DNA of 64,000 bases, taken from positions 553,013 to 617,012 of the forward strand of contig OZ240683.1 of NCBI GenBank assembly GCA_965199125.1. The letters run 5' to 3'. This stretch comes from Acidocella sp. GTDB taxonomy: Bacteria; Pseudomonadota; Alphaproteobacteria; Acetobacterales; Acetobacteraceae. Shown piece after piece: positions 27,748-37,208 of this stretch. A program made the translations under genes and the position numbers. The notes beneath the pieces are model-generated. The model did no database searches. It had not been told where the DNA came from and saw only the letters and a program-made list of their open reading frames with translations. The first letter of the stretch is position 1. Every line of letters starts with the position of its first letter.

Positions 27748-28590
27748 TCATAGGTCTGCGGCGCCCGTCTCGTAAAGGCCCCCGCCCCAGCACCACCAGC
27801 CCGGCTGCCGCAGCGCGTCGGCCGCCGCCACCGCCGCCGCGGGCTCCGGAAATAGCGCGAAGCAAGTGGCGCCCGAACCGCTCATCCGCGCCAGCAGCAC
27901 ACCCGGCAGCGCCCGCAGCGCCGCCAGCACGTCGCCGATCGCCGGGGCAAGCACCAGCGCCGGCGCTTCCAGATCATTGCGCAGCCCCGCCAGATCGCGC
28001 GCCATCGCCGCCGCGTCCGCCCAGCCCGCCGGCAGCGAAGCGGGCGCGCTGAACCCGGCCCTGCGCGCTCTGAACACCGCGGCCGTGGCGACCGGCACGC
28101 CGGGATTAACCAGCACGATCCCAAAGCGCGGCAAGCCTGGCGCGGCCGCCAACGCGTCGCCAACGCCGCCCATGCGCGCCGGTGCGCTGGCCAGACAGAC
28201 CGGCACATCCGCGCCCAGCCGCAGCGCCAGTTCCGGCGTTACCGTCCCGCCCCACAACTTTACCAGCACCCGCAGCGCCGCCGCCGCGTCCGCCGAGCCG
28301 CCGCCGATGCCCGACGCCACCGGTAGGTTTTTCGTCAACACCAGCGCCGCGCCCCCGTCCGGGTTCAGCAGCCGCGCCGCCCGCAGCATCAGATTATCCG
28401 GCTCCCCGTCCAGCGCCGCGCCGAACGGCCCCGCAACCCGCAGCGACAAACCCGCGGCCGACGCCGCGGCAATCTCATCGCCCACCGCCGGAAACACCGC
28501 GAGGCTATCGAGCAAATGATATCCGTCCTCCCGCCGCCCGGTGACGTGGAGATACAAATTCACTTTCGCTGGCGCGAACTCAGAAAACAT
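27748..28590 (-). CDS. ispE: 4-diphosphocytidyl-2-C-methyl-D-erythritol kinase
   Basis: APAKVNLYLHV.GRR.DGYH.LDS, KNLPVASGIGGGSADAAA, LGADVP, RMSGSGATCF. Confidence 0.96.
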   Translation of the reverse strand: MFSEFAPAKVNLYLHVTGRREDGYHLLDSLAVFPAVGDEIAAASAAGLSLRVAGPFGAALDGEPDNLMLRAARLLNPDGGAALVLTKNLPVASGIGGGSADAAAALRVLVKLWGGTVTPELALRLGADVPVCLASAPARMGGVGDALAAAPGLPRFGIVLVNPGVPVATAAVFRARRAGFSAPASLPAGWADAAAMARDLAGLRNDLEAPALVLAPAIGDVLAALRALPGVLLARMSGSGATCFALFPEPAAAVAAADALRQPGWWCWGGGLYETGAADL

Positions 28591-30290
28591 TAGCCCGGCT
28601 GGCCGGCTTGTTTCAGCTTTGCCTCAATCTGCGCCTGCAGTTTCGCATCCGGCTTCAGCGACAGCGCACGCTGCCACTGATAACCCGCCTGCAGCTTCAT
28701 CCCCTCTGCCCAGAACGCGTCGCCCAGATGCGCGTTCACTTCCGCGTCATCCGGATCGCGCTCCACCGCCTGCGTCAGCAGCCCGATCGCCTGCGCCGTG
28801 TGCCCTTGTTTCAGGGTGATGTAGCCGAGCGAGTCGATCACTGCGCCGTCGTTCGGGTCCAGCCCGTTCGCCTCCTGCAGCATGTGCTGCGCGTCCGCCA
28901 GCCGCTCGCCCTTCAGCGCCCAGCTGTAGCCGAGATAGTTCAGCACGTAAGGCTGGTCCGGCGAGAGCGCCAGCGCCTTCAGCATGTCCGGCTCGGCGGC
29001 GTGCCAGTCGCCGGCTTGATCCTCGGCGATGCCACGGTCGAAATACAGGCTCCAGGCATCGGCCGGCGGCGGCTGGCCGGTCAGCGCGACCGCCTTGTCA
29101 TAGGCAGAGGTCGCTTGCCGGAACTGGCCGTTGCCGCGCAACACATCACCCGCCGCGGCCAACGGCGCCGGATCCCCCGGATCGCTGGCCGCTACCTGGT
29201 TCAGCAGCGCGACCGCCTGATCCGGCTGGTTCAGCGACGCCAGCAGGCTCGCCTCCTGCACCGCCGCCGCGCCGAACAGCGGGTCGGTCGCCGGCACCGG
29301 CCGCAAGGTCGCCAGCGCGTCGTTCAGCTGCGCCGGCGTCGGCGGGGTGTTGGGGTCCGCACCGCCGGCCTGCAGATTGGCGAGCAGCAGCCGCGCCGCC
29401 GCGAGGTCCGGCCGCAGCGCCAGCGCGAACCGCAGAAACGTGATGCGCAGCAGCACCTGCGGCGGCTGGTCGAGCAGCCCCGCCACGGTCAGGTAGGTCT
29501 CGGCCAAGCCGTCGGTCGCCGGCCCGATCACCGGCCGCGCGATCTCCGCTTTCAGCGCCGGCAGCGCCACGCGCAGATCGGGATGCGCCGCGATCAGCGC
29601 CGCCAGCTCCGCCTCCGCCGCCTCCATCTGCCCCTGCCGCGCCTGCCAGCTCGCGACAATCTGCGCCAGCCGCAGATTTGGCTCCGCACCCGTATTCACG
29701 GCGGCGTACAACTGCGCGGCGTCTTGGCGGTCGCCGGCGGCATCCGCGATCAGCGCGGCGTTCAAGACGTAAACCGGGCTGAAATTTCCGCCCGCGAAAT
29801 AACGCTCCAGCGTGGATAACCCCGTTGCCGGCCGATCCGCCCCCGCGGCGCACCACGCCAGCAACAGCGGCTTGATCAGGTTGGAAAGATCATCGGACGG
29901 CAACGACTGGTAGTTGCGCGCGGCGCCGGCATAGTCGCCGGCTAGCGCCGCCTGGTTGCCGAGCAGCATCAGCGCTAGCGCGTTCTTCGGCGTGCGGCGT
30001 GCCATGGCGGTGGCGGACGGCGTGCCCGCCAGCAGCGAGGCGACAAAGCCCTCCGCCAGCAGCGACGAGTTGCCCGGATCGGCGGCGAGCGCTTTCTGAT
30101 AATAGGTCGCGGCGATCGCCGGGTCCTGCTGCGCATCGGCATAATGCGCCGCCAGAAATGCGCCATAGGCGGTCGCGGACGCGGATTCGCTGACGCCGCT
30201 TCCGCCGCCGGAAGGTGCGGCGGCGCAAGCGGACAAGGTAATGCTGATTGCCATCGCGATGCGCCGGCTGGGCGCGCTGAAAAATTCCAT
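28590..30290 (-). CDS. Tetratricopeptide-repeat lipoprotein
   Basis: LSAC lipobox; C-terminal TPRs (VLNYLGYSW, IDSLGY, HLGDAFW); usual neighbour of ispE. Start uncertain. Confidence 0.85.
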   Translation of the reverse strand: MEFFSAPSRRIAMAISITLSACAAAPSGGGSGVSESASATAYGAFLAAHYADAQQDPAIAATYYQKALAADPGNSSLLAEGFVASLLAGTPSATAMARRTPKNALALMLLGNQAALAGDYAGAARNYQSLPSDDLSNLIKPLLLAWCAAGADRPATGLSTLERYFAGGNFSPVYVLNAALIADAAGDRQDAAQLYAAVNTGAEPNLRLAQIVASWQARQGQMEAAEAELAALIAAHPDLRVALPALKAEIARPVIGPATDGLAETYLTVAGLLDQPPQVLLRITFLRFALALRPDLAAARLLLANLQAGGADPNTPPTPAQLNDALATLRPVPATDPLFGAAAVQEASLLASLNQPDQAVALLNQVAASDPGDPAPLAAAGDVLRGNGQFRQATSAYDKAVALTGQPPPADAWSLYFDRGIAEDQAGDWHAAEPDMLKALALSPDQPYVLNYLGYSWALKGERLADAQHMLQEANGLDPNDGAVIDSLGYITLKQGHTAQAIGLLTQAVERDPDDAEVNAHLGDAFWAEGMKLQAGYQWQRALSLKPDAKLQAQIEAKLKQAGQPG

Positions 30291-30398
30291 TGCCCGGAAG
30301 CTAGCAGCGCCGGCGCGCGGCGGCAAAATGCCGAGCCTGCCTTGCCGGGCTTGTCCGCCTCCATTAGCTTGGCGGCAAGGCTCCAAGAAGGCTAGGCC

Positions 30399-30803
30399 GT
30401 GAACCACGACTTCGAGGCGACCACCGCCGGCATCCACGTGAAAGTCCGCGTGTTCTATCTGGCGGACCAGTCAAACGCGGCGGAGGGGCGCTATGTCTGG
30501 GCCTACCGCGTCACCATCACCAATGCTGGCCCGACCACCGTGCAGCTGCTGCGCCGCACCTGGCGCATCACCGACGCGCATGGCCGCGTGCAGATGGTGC
30601 ATGGCGACGGCGTGGTCGGCGAGCAGCCGGTGCTGGAGCCGACGGAAAGCTTCGAGTACACCTCCGGCACGCCGCTCGGCACCGCGTCGGGCTTCATGAC
30701 CGGGCACTACCACATGATCCATCTCGACGGCCGCGAAGATTTCGACGTGAAAATCCCGACCTTCAGCCTCGACAGCCCGCACCAGAACAATCAGGTTCAC
30801 TGA
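30399..30803 (+). CDS. apaG: ApaG (Co2+/Mg2+ efflux protein family)
   Basis: [42 protein letters not shown]. Confidence 0.95.
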   Translation: MNHDFEATTAGIHVKVRVFYLADQSNAAEGRYVWAYRVTITNAGPTTVQLLRRTWRITDAHGRVQMVHGDGVVGEQPVLEPTESFEYTSGTPLGTASGFMTGHYHMIHLDGREDFDVKIPTFSLDSPHQNNQVH

Positions 30804-30808
30804 TCAAA

Positions 30809-30988
30809 GGCGAGGCTGGGCAAGAATTCGCTGCGCCGGGTCAGAGGCGCCTCCTGGCGCCGGCCGGAGGTTGTTTTCAAGCACCCAGGCGGGGCGCCGG
30901 CAGCGGAGCGGCCTTGAGGCCGAGAGCGTCGGAGCGCGGAAACGGCCCTCGCATGGCCGGCGCAGTCGAATTGTTGCCCAGCCTCGTC
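30809..30988. other. ~180-nt structured palindromic element (MITE-like or ncRNA)
   Basis: CGAGGCTGGGCAAGAATTCGCTGCGCCGG (30811-30839) pairs with CCGGCGCAGTCGAATTGTTGCCCAGCCTCG (30957-30986); internal hairpins present. Confidence 0.6.
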
Positions 30989-30990
30989 GC

Positions 30991-31018
30991 TTGCCTCTTT
31001 CGGGCGGCAGACCATATT
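30991..31018 (+). promoter_or_regulatory. Candidate sigma70 promoter of folE
   Basis: TTGCCT-N16-CATATT, about 30 nt upstream of the AGGAG RBS and ATG 31051. Confidence 0.45.
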
Positions 31019-31050
31019 GCTTTGGCAAAACGACGCGCCAGGAGCACAGA

Positions 31051-31686
31051 ATGAACGAACAAAGCGTCAAGCCGCTGCCGGCGGAGAACCCCGCGCGCAA
31101 GCCGAGCCGGCAGGAAGCGGAGGCGGCGGTGCGCACCTTGCTGCTCTGGGGCGGCGAGGATCCGGCCCGCGAGGGTCTGCAGGACACACCAGCCCGCGTG
31201 GTCCGCTCCTATGAAGAGTTCTTCCGCGGCTACCAGGATGACCCGGTCGCGCTGCTCGCCCGCACCTTCGAGGAAATTGACGGCTACGACGAAATGGTCG
31301 TGCTGCGCGACATCCGCGTCGAAAGCCATTGCGAGCACCACATGGTGCCGATCATCGGCCGCGCCCATGTCGCCTATCTGCCGGCTACCCGCGTCGTCGG
31401 CATCAGCAAGCTGGCCCGCGTCGTCGACGCGTTTTCGCATCGCTTCCAGATCCAGGAGAAGCTGACCGCGCAGATCGCCAACACCATCAACGACGTGTTG
31501 ATGCCGCGCGGCGTCGCGGTGGTGGTCGAGGCAAACCACCAGTGCATGTCCACCCGCGGCGTGCACAAGCCCGGCGCCAGCATGGTGACCAGCCGGATGC
31601 TGGGCGCGTTCCGGGACGATCCCTCGACCCGCCGGGAGTTCCTGGCGCTGATCTCGGAACGATCCCTCGGCGCCGCGGACGCGTGA
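31051..31686 (+). CDS. folE: GTP cyclohydrolase I
   Basis: [42 protein letters not shown]; AGGAG RBS. Confidence 0.96.
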   Translation: MNEQSVKPLPAENPARKPSRQEAEAAVRTLLLWGGEDPAREGLQDTPARVVRSYEEFFRGYQDDPVALLARTFEEIDGYDEMVVLRDIRVESHCEHHMVPIIGRAHVAYLPATRVVGISKLARVVDAFSHRFQIQEKLTAQIANTINDVLMPRGVAVVVEANHQCMSTRGVHKPGASMVTSRMLGAFRDDPSTRREFLALISERSLGAADA

Positions 31687-31766
31687 CCGGTCCGCCTGGC
31701 ATTGATCATCGCAGCGTTTTGACGCCATTGTTCACGACAATACGATGACACTGGGGCAGGCGGCGG

Positions 31767-32447
31767 ATGGCTGACGGTTTTGGCGCGGCGGCAAAACGGC
31801 TGGGACGACCCTTGGCGGCACCCCGTGCGCCGCTGGATGCGGACGGCGTGCGCGTCGCATATGCGCGCTGGGCGGAGCGGTACGACGCCTGGTTCGGACT
31901 GATCTCGCGCCCCGCCCGCCAGGCGGCGGTGGCCGCGGTTAACGCCGCGGCCGGCGAGCAGGTGCTGGAGGTCGGCGTCGGCACCGGCCTCGCTCTGCCG
32001 CTTTACGCGCCGGACAAGCACGTCACCGGCATCGACCTTTCCGCCGAAATGCTGGACGTCGCGCGCCGCCGGGTTGGCCACCTCGGCTTGCGCAATATCA
32101 AGGCCCTGCAGGAGATGGACGCGCAGGCAACCGCTTTCGCCGACGGCAGCTTCGACGTCGCGGTTGCGATGTTCGTCGCGAGCGTGGTGCCCGACCCGCG
32201 CGCCTTGGTCGCCGAGCTGCGGCGCGTGGTGCGCCCCGGCGGCACCCTCCTGTTCGTCAACCACTTCGCGGTGGAACGCGGCCCGGTCTGGTGGGTGGAG
32301 CGCGCGATCGCGCCGGCTGCCTCGCGCCTCGGCTGGCATTCGGATTTTCGCCTCGCCCATATGCTGGACGCGCCTGACCGCGCCGGCGCGCGTGTGCGTC
32401 TGATGCAGCCGCTCGGCCTGTTCCGGCTCGTGCAAATCAACAACTGA
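31767..32447 (+). CDS. Class I SAM methyltransferase, PmtA-like (phospholipid N-methyltransferase family)
   Basis: Y.RWA..YD..FG, VLEVGVGTGL.LP.Y, VTGIDLS.EML, MFVASVVPDP, NHF. Confidence 0.8.
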   Translation: MADGFGAAAKRLGRPLAAPRAPLDADGVRVAYARWAERYDAWFGLISRPARQAAVAAVNAAAGEQVLEVGVGTGLALPLYAPDKHVTGIDLSAEMLDVARRRVGHLGLRNIKALQEMDAQATAFADGSFDVAVAMFVASVVPDPRALVAELRRVVRPGGTLLFVNHFAVERGPVWWVERAIAPAASRLGWHSDFRLAHMLDAPDRAGARVRLMQPLGLFRLVQINN

Positions 32448-32580
32448 GCCGCGAGACCCTGATCTGCTTGACCGGCGGGAACGTCTGGCAGCCCGCGCCT
32501 TGATCTTGCGCCAGCCGCCTTCTATCAATTGGCTGAGCCGGCGCCTGTGATATTGCGCGGCCTGACAGCGGGATTACCGA

Positions 32581-33489
32581 ATGAAGCGGGTTTCTGGTTT
32601 GGTATTTTGCGCGGCACTCGGCATGGCGCTTATCGCCGGCCATGCGGCGCTGGCGCAGACCGCGGCGCCCGACCCAACAGCCGCCGCTAACGCTTATGTG
32701 AACGCGCCGCACAACTGGCAGCTGTGGTTCCCGCAGGCCGGCAGCCCGATGCAGGCGAAGATCGACTGGCTGATGCAGTACGTGCTGTGGATCATGACCG
32801 GCGTGGTGGTCTTCGTCGGCGTGCTGATGGGCTACGCGATGATAAAATTCCGCGCCAAAGCCCATCCGGTGCCGAACTACGTCACCCATAACACGCTGAT
32901 CGAGGTGATCTGGATCGTGGTGCCGACGCTGATCCTGGCGGTCATCATCATCCCCTCGATCAACCTCATTTACTACGAGGCGGATGACAGCAACCCGTAC
33001 ATGACCGTTAACGTCACCGGCCACCAATGGTACTGGGAATACAGCTATCAGTCGGTTCCCGGCCTCGACTACACCAGCTACATGATCCCGGACGACAAGC
33101 TCGCCCCCGGCGACATCCGCCGCTTGACCGTCGATCATCCGCTGGTCATCCCGGTCGGCGAAAAGATCAAATTCAACATCACCAGCGACGATGTGCTGCA
33201 CGGCTTCTACCTGCCCTCGCTCGGCGTGCAGCGCTACGCGATTCCCGGCACCATCGTAACCAGCTGGACGGAAATCCCGAAGGCCGGCACCTATTACGGC
33301 CAGTGCAACCAGATCTGCGGCCTGAACCACGACGCGATGCCGATCGAGATCAAGGCCGTGCCGATGGCGGACTACCTCGCCTGGATCAAGGTGGCGCAGG
33401 CCAATTACACGGAGAACACAATTCCGCCGGACCCGGCTTCCTCTCCGGCGCCTGTGAACCAATATGCCGATCTGGCGGTCGTGAAGTGA
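32581..33489 (+). CDS. coxB: Cytochrome c oxidase subunit II
   Basis: Signal peptide, two TM helices, HNTLIEVIW, GHQWYWEY, DVLH, CuA loop CNQICGLNHDAM. Confidence 0.96.
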   Translation: MKRVSGLVFCAALGMALIAGHAALAQTAAPDPTAAANAYVNAPHNWQLWFPQAGSPMQAKIDWLMQYVLWIMTGVVVFVGVLMGYAMIKFRAKAHPVPNYVTHNTLIEVIWIVVPTLILAVIIIPSINLIYYEADDSNPYMTVNVTGHQWYWEYSYQSVPGLDYTSYMIPDDKLAPGDIRRLTVDHPLVIPVGEKIKFNITSDDVLHGFYLPSLGVQRYAIPGTIVTSWTEIPKAGTYYGQCNQICGLNHDAMPIEIKAVPMADYLAWIKVAQANYTENTIPPDPASSPAPVNQYADLAVVK

Positions 33490-33518
33490 CCGTCTGCGGT
33501 TTTTAGGAGCGAGAAGCG

Positions 33519-35156
33519 ATGTCCTCCACGTTTCAAGACGAGACCCCGGTCGGGCATGACGCGCATGACGTCCATGACGTCCATGATGTCCATGGCGCTC
33601 ACGCCAAACCGGGCTTCGTGCATCGCTGGCTGATGAGCACCAACCACAAGGACATCGGCACGCTGTACATCACCATGGCGGTGGTCGGCGCCTGCGTTGG
33701 CGGCGCGCTCTCCATGATCATGCGGCTGCAGCTGATGTACCCGCACAACCACTGGGTCACCAGCGGCACCACCTGGAACGCGATCATCACCGCGCACGGC
33801 CTGATCATGATTTTCTGGTTCGTGATGCCGGCGCTGATCGGCGGCTTCGGCAACTGGATGGTGCCGATGATGATCGGCGCGCCCGACATGGCGTTTCCAC
33901 GGCTGAATAATATGAGTTTCTGGTTCCTCGCCTGCGGCTTTATTTTCGTGATGATCGGCATGACCGTGGGTGCCGGCGCCGGCGCCGGCTGGACGCTGTA
34001 TCCGCCGCTGGACGACAGGCAGTATTCTCCGGGCATCGCCACGGATTTTTCGCTGTTCTCGCTCCATCTCGCCGGCATTTCTTCGCTGCTCGGCGCGATC
34101 AACTTCATCGCCACCATCCTGAACATGCGCGCGCCCGGCATGACAATGCATAAAATGCCGCTGTTCTGCTGGGCCATCCTGGTTACCGCGTTTCTGCTCC
34201 TGCTCGCGATCCCGGTGCTCGCCGGCGCGGTGACGATGCTGATCATGGACCGCAACTTCGGCACCTCGTTCTTTGAACCCGCGGGCGGTGGCGACCCGGT
34301 GCTGTTCCAGCATCTGTTCTGGTTCTTCGGCCATCCGGAAGTCTACATCATGATTTTGCCGGCTTTTGGCATTATCAGCCACGTCGTCTCCACCTTCTCG
34401 AAAAAGCCGATCTTCGGTTACCTCGGCATGGCCTATGCGCTGGTAGTGATCGGCTTCGTCGGCTTTGTGGTCTGGGCGCACCACATGTTCGTCTCCGGCA
34501 TCTCGACCGACAGCCGCATCTATTTTGAGGTTGCGACGCTGGTGATCGCTGTGCCCACCGGCATCAAAGTGTTTTCCTGGATCGCCACGATGTGGGGCGG
34601 CTCGATTGAGTTCAAGACGCCGATGCTGTGGGCGATCGGCTTTATCTTTCTGTTCGTGATCGGCGGCGCGACCGGCGTCGTGCTTGCCAATGCCGGCCTG
34701 GATCAGGAGCTGCACAACGACTACTTCCTGATCGCGCATTTTCACTACGTGCTGTCGATGGGCGCCGCGTTCGGCATTTTTGCAGGCTTCTACTATTGGA
34801 TCGGCAAGATGTCCGGCCATCAGTACCCCGAATTCTGGGGTAAGATGCATTTCTGGACCTTCTTCATCGGCGTGAACCTCACCTTCTTCCCGCAGCACTT
34901 CCTCGGCCTTGCCGGCATGCCGCGCCGTTATCCGGATTACGCCGACGCCTTCGCCGGCTGGAACTTCGTCTCCTCGGTCGGCGCGCTGATCTCCGGCGCC
35001 TCGACGCTGATCTTCTTCTACATCCTGTACGCGGTGTTCACCTCGAAAGAGGCGCTGGCCGACAACTACTGGGGCGAGGGTGCCACCACCTTGGAGTGGG
35101 CCGTGCCCTCTCCGGCCCCGCACCATACGTTTGAAGACGTTCCAGTCATCCGATGA
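33519..35156 (+). CDS. coxA: Cytochrome c oxidase subunit I, A1 type
   Basis: [57 protein letters not shown]. Confidence 0.98.
   Translation: MSSTFQDETPVGHDAHDVHDVHDVHGAHAKPGFVHRWLMSTNHKDIGTLYITMAVVGACVGGALSMIMRLQLMYPHNHWVTSGTTWNAIITAHGLIMIFWFVMPALIGGFGNWMVPMMIGAPDMAFPRLNNMSFWFLACGFIFVMIGMTVGAGAGAGWTLYPPLDDRQYSPGIATDFSLFSLHLAGISSLLGAINFIATILNMRAPGMTMHKMPLFCWAILVTAFLLLLAIPVLAGAVTMLIMDRNFGTSFFEPAGGGDPVLFQHLFWFFGHPEVYIMILPAFGIISHVVSTFSKKPIFGYLGMAYALVVIGFVGFVVWAHHMFVSGISTDSRIYFEVATLVIAVPTGIKVFSWIATMWGGSIEFKTPMLWAIGFIFLFVIGGATGVVLANAGLDQELHNDYFLIAHFHYVLSMGAAFGIFAGFYYWIGKMSGHQYPEFWGKMHFWTFFIGVNLTFFPQHFLGLAGMPRRYPDYADAFAGWNFVSSVGALISGASTLIFFYILYAVFTSKEALADNYWGEGATTLEWAVPSPAPHHTFEDVPVIR
33555..33602 (+). 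repeat. 9-bp His-encoding tandem repeat at the coxA 5' end
   Basis: CATGACGCG CATGACGTC CATGACGTC CATGATGTC CATGGCGCT CAC, encoding [16 protein letters not shown]. Confidence 0.85.
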
Positions 35157-35205
35157 GTAGGGCTGAGCGAAGCGCCTTCCGCCATTTGCCGGCCGCGCGT
35201 CCCGC

Positions 35206-36117
35206 ATGAGCGAAACAACCCTCACCACGGGCGTCGGGTCCGCTGTTTCCGATTGGATCACACTCCTCAAGCCCCGCGTACTCACCCTTGTGGTGTTCAC
35301 GGGCGCCATCGGCCTGATCATCGCGCCGGTCCACATCAACCCGCTGCTCGGCGCGGTTGCGGTCCTGTGCATCACCATCGCCGCCGGCGCGGCGGGCGCG
35401 ATCAACATGTGGTACGACCGGGATATCGACGCGGTGATGCGCCGCACCGCGTCCCGCCCCATCCCCGCCGGCCGCATCGCACCGGACGCGGCGCTGACCT
35501 ACGGCGTCCTGCTCGCCGGCTTTTCAGTAATTCTGATGGGTCTCGCCACCAATCTGGTCGCCGCCGCCACGTTGGCTCTGTCCATCGCCTTCTACGTGTT
35601 CATCTACACCGCCTGGCTGAAACGCCGCACGCCGCAGAACATCGTGATCGGGGGTGCGGCCGGCGCCTTCCCGCCGGTGATCGGCTGGGCCGCCGCCACC
35701 GGCCATGTCTCGATGCTTCCCATCCTGCTGTTCGCCATCATCTTCTTCTGGACCCCGCCGCATTTCTGGGCGCTCTCGCTCTACGCCTCCGCCGATTACG
35801 AGCGCGCCGGCGTGCCAATGCTCCCGGTGGTGCGCGGCGCCCGCCACACCCGCGTCTGCGTGATGGTCTACACGTTGATCCTGGTGCCGGTGACGCTCGC
35901 CCCCTTCGAGCTCGGCCTCACCGGCCGCTTGTATGGCGTCTCGACGCTGGCTCTCGGCGCCGCCTTCGTCGCGTACTCCTGGCGCCTGCTGCACGACGCA
36001 CAGGACGAGACCGGCCGCAGCTTGACGCGCGACGCTCCGGCCAGAGCCGCATTTAAATACTCCATCTTGTACCTGTTCCTGCTATTCGGCGCCTGCGCCG
36101 TGGACCGGCTGATCTAG
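35206..36117 (+). CDS. ctaB: Heme o synthase (protoheme IX farnesyltransferase)
   Basis: LLKPRV, NMWYDRDID..M.RT..RP, YT.WLKRRTPQNIVIGG, WTPPHFWAL. Confidence 0.96.
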   Translation: MSETTLTTGVGSAVSDWITLLKPRVLTLVVFTGAIGLIIAPVHINPLLGAVAVLCITIAAGAAGAINMWYDRDIDAVMRRTASRPIPAGRIAPDAALTYGVLLAGFSVILMGLATNLVAAATLALSIAFYVFIYTAWLKRRTPQNIVIGGAAGAFPPVIGWAAATGHVSMLPILLFAIIFFWTPPHFWALSLYASADYERAGVPMLPVVRGARHTRVCVMVYTLILVPVTLAPFELGLTGRLYGVSTLALGAAFVAYSWRLLHDAQDETGRSLTRDAPARAAFKYSILYLFLLFGACAVDRLI

Positions 36118-36300
36118 ATGCCCGATACCATGCCGAAAGTGGTCGCGCACGAAAGCAACTGGACGCCCGAATTCCGCGCCGAGTTCAACCGCCGCCGCCG
36201 CGGCCGCAATTTCGCGCTGCTCGCCGTCCTGGGCGGCTTCTGCCTGATTATCTACGCGATAGCCTTAGTAAAACTTCACGAATACGGCCAGATGTGGTGA
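36118..36300 (+). CDS. Small cox-operon membrane protein (CoxF-like)
   Basis: RRRRGRNFALLAVL basic stretch plus TM helix; sits after ctaB, where this small ORF usually lies. Confidence 0.7.
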   Translation: MPDTMPKVVAHESNWTPEFRAEFNRRRRGRNFALLAVLGGFCLIIYAIALVKLHEYGQMW

Positions 36301-36307
36301 GAGAAGA

Positions 36308-37159
36308 ATGAGCGGCACAGTCCATACGGCGACCGACCAAATCCGCACCACGGTCCCGCATCCGTTCCATCTGGTCGCCCCCAGCATCTGGCCGCTCTGC
36401 GGCGCGGTGTCGTTTCTCCTCACCTTCACCGGCATCATCCTCGCAGCGCATTTCCGCTTCTATTACCTGCTGCCCTTCGGCCTCGGCTTCGCTTTGTTCA
36501 GCGGCTTCGTCTGGTGGCGGGACGTGATCCACGAAGCCCGCACCCCCGGCCTGCACAAGCTGATCACCCAGATCGGCCTGCGCTACGGCATGGCGCTGTT
36601 CATCACCTCCGAGGTGATGTTCTTCGTCTCGTTCTTCTGGAACTACTTCAACTACTTCTTCTTCCCGGACACGATGGGCGTCGCCCATGCGCCGGTCTGG
36701 CCGCCGATGGGCATTACCACCATCGATCCGTTCGCCATCCCGCTGATGAACACCATGGTGCTGCTGCTGTCCGGCACCACCATCACCTGGGCGCATCACT
36801 GCCTGCTGGAAGGCGACAACAAAGGCACCGTGCGTGGCCTCGCCGTCACCGTTCTGCTCGGCGTTATTTTCCTTTGCGGCCAGGCCTGGGAGTACACGCA
36901 CTCGCCGTTCAACTTCTATCATGGCGGCATTTTCGCCTCCTCTTTTTTCATCGCCACCGGCTTTCACGGCTTCCACGTCATCGTCGGCACCGCGTTCCTC
37001 AGCGTCTGCCTGTGGCGCGCGATGGACAAGCAGTTCACCCCGCAACGCCATTTCGGCTTCGAAGCCGCCGCCTGGTACTGGCACTTCGTCGACGTGGTCT
37101 GGCTGTTCCTGTTCGTCTGCATCTATTTTCTAGGCAAAAGCGCCATAGTTGCCGGTTAG
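36308..37159 (+). CDS. coxC: Cytochrome c oxidase subunit III
   Basis: HPFHLV.PS.WP, LFITSEVMFF, TGFHGFHV, AAWYWHFVDVVW. Confidence 0.97.
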   Translation: MSGTVHTATDQIRTTVPHPFHLVAPSIWPLCGAVSFLLTFTGIILAAHFRFYYLLPFGLGFALFSGFVWWRDVIHEARTPGLHKLITQIGLRYGMALFITSEVMFFVSFFWNYFNYFFFPDTMGVAHAPVWPPMGITTIDPFAIPLMNTMVLLLSGTTITWAHHCLLEGDNKGTVRGLAVTVLLGVIFLCGQAWEYTHSPFNFYHGGIFASSFFIATGFHGFHVIVGTAFLSVCLWRAMDKQFTPQRHFGFEAAAWYWHFVDVVWLFLFVCIYFLGKSAIVAG

Positions 37160-37174
37160 CCGCCGCATCCTACT

Positions 37175-37208
37175 CGTCGTGCCGGCGAAGGCCGGCATCC
37201 ACGACTTT
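37175..37208 (+). repeat. CGTC-tagged REP, family 2, single arm
   Basis: CGTCGTGCCGGCGAAGGCCGGCATCCACGACTT matches the left arm of 53494-53601. Confidence 0.8.

Noticed and set aside
30809-31050. THF-II (folE motif) riboswitch or 6S RNA upstream of folE
   Set aside because: I could not find the conserved segments I recall for either RNA; the long stem lies upstream of the candidate folE promoter, and 6S usually sits near zapA/ygfA. Kept only as an unassigned structured element.
32500-32528. FNR/FixK box upstream of coxB
   Set aside because: TTGAT and ATCAA are 19 nt apart instead of 4.
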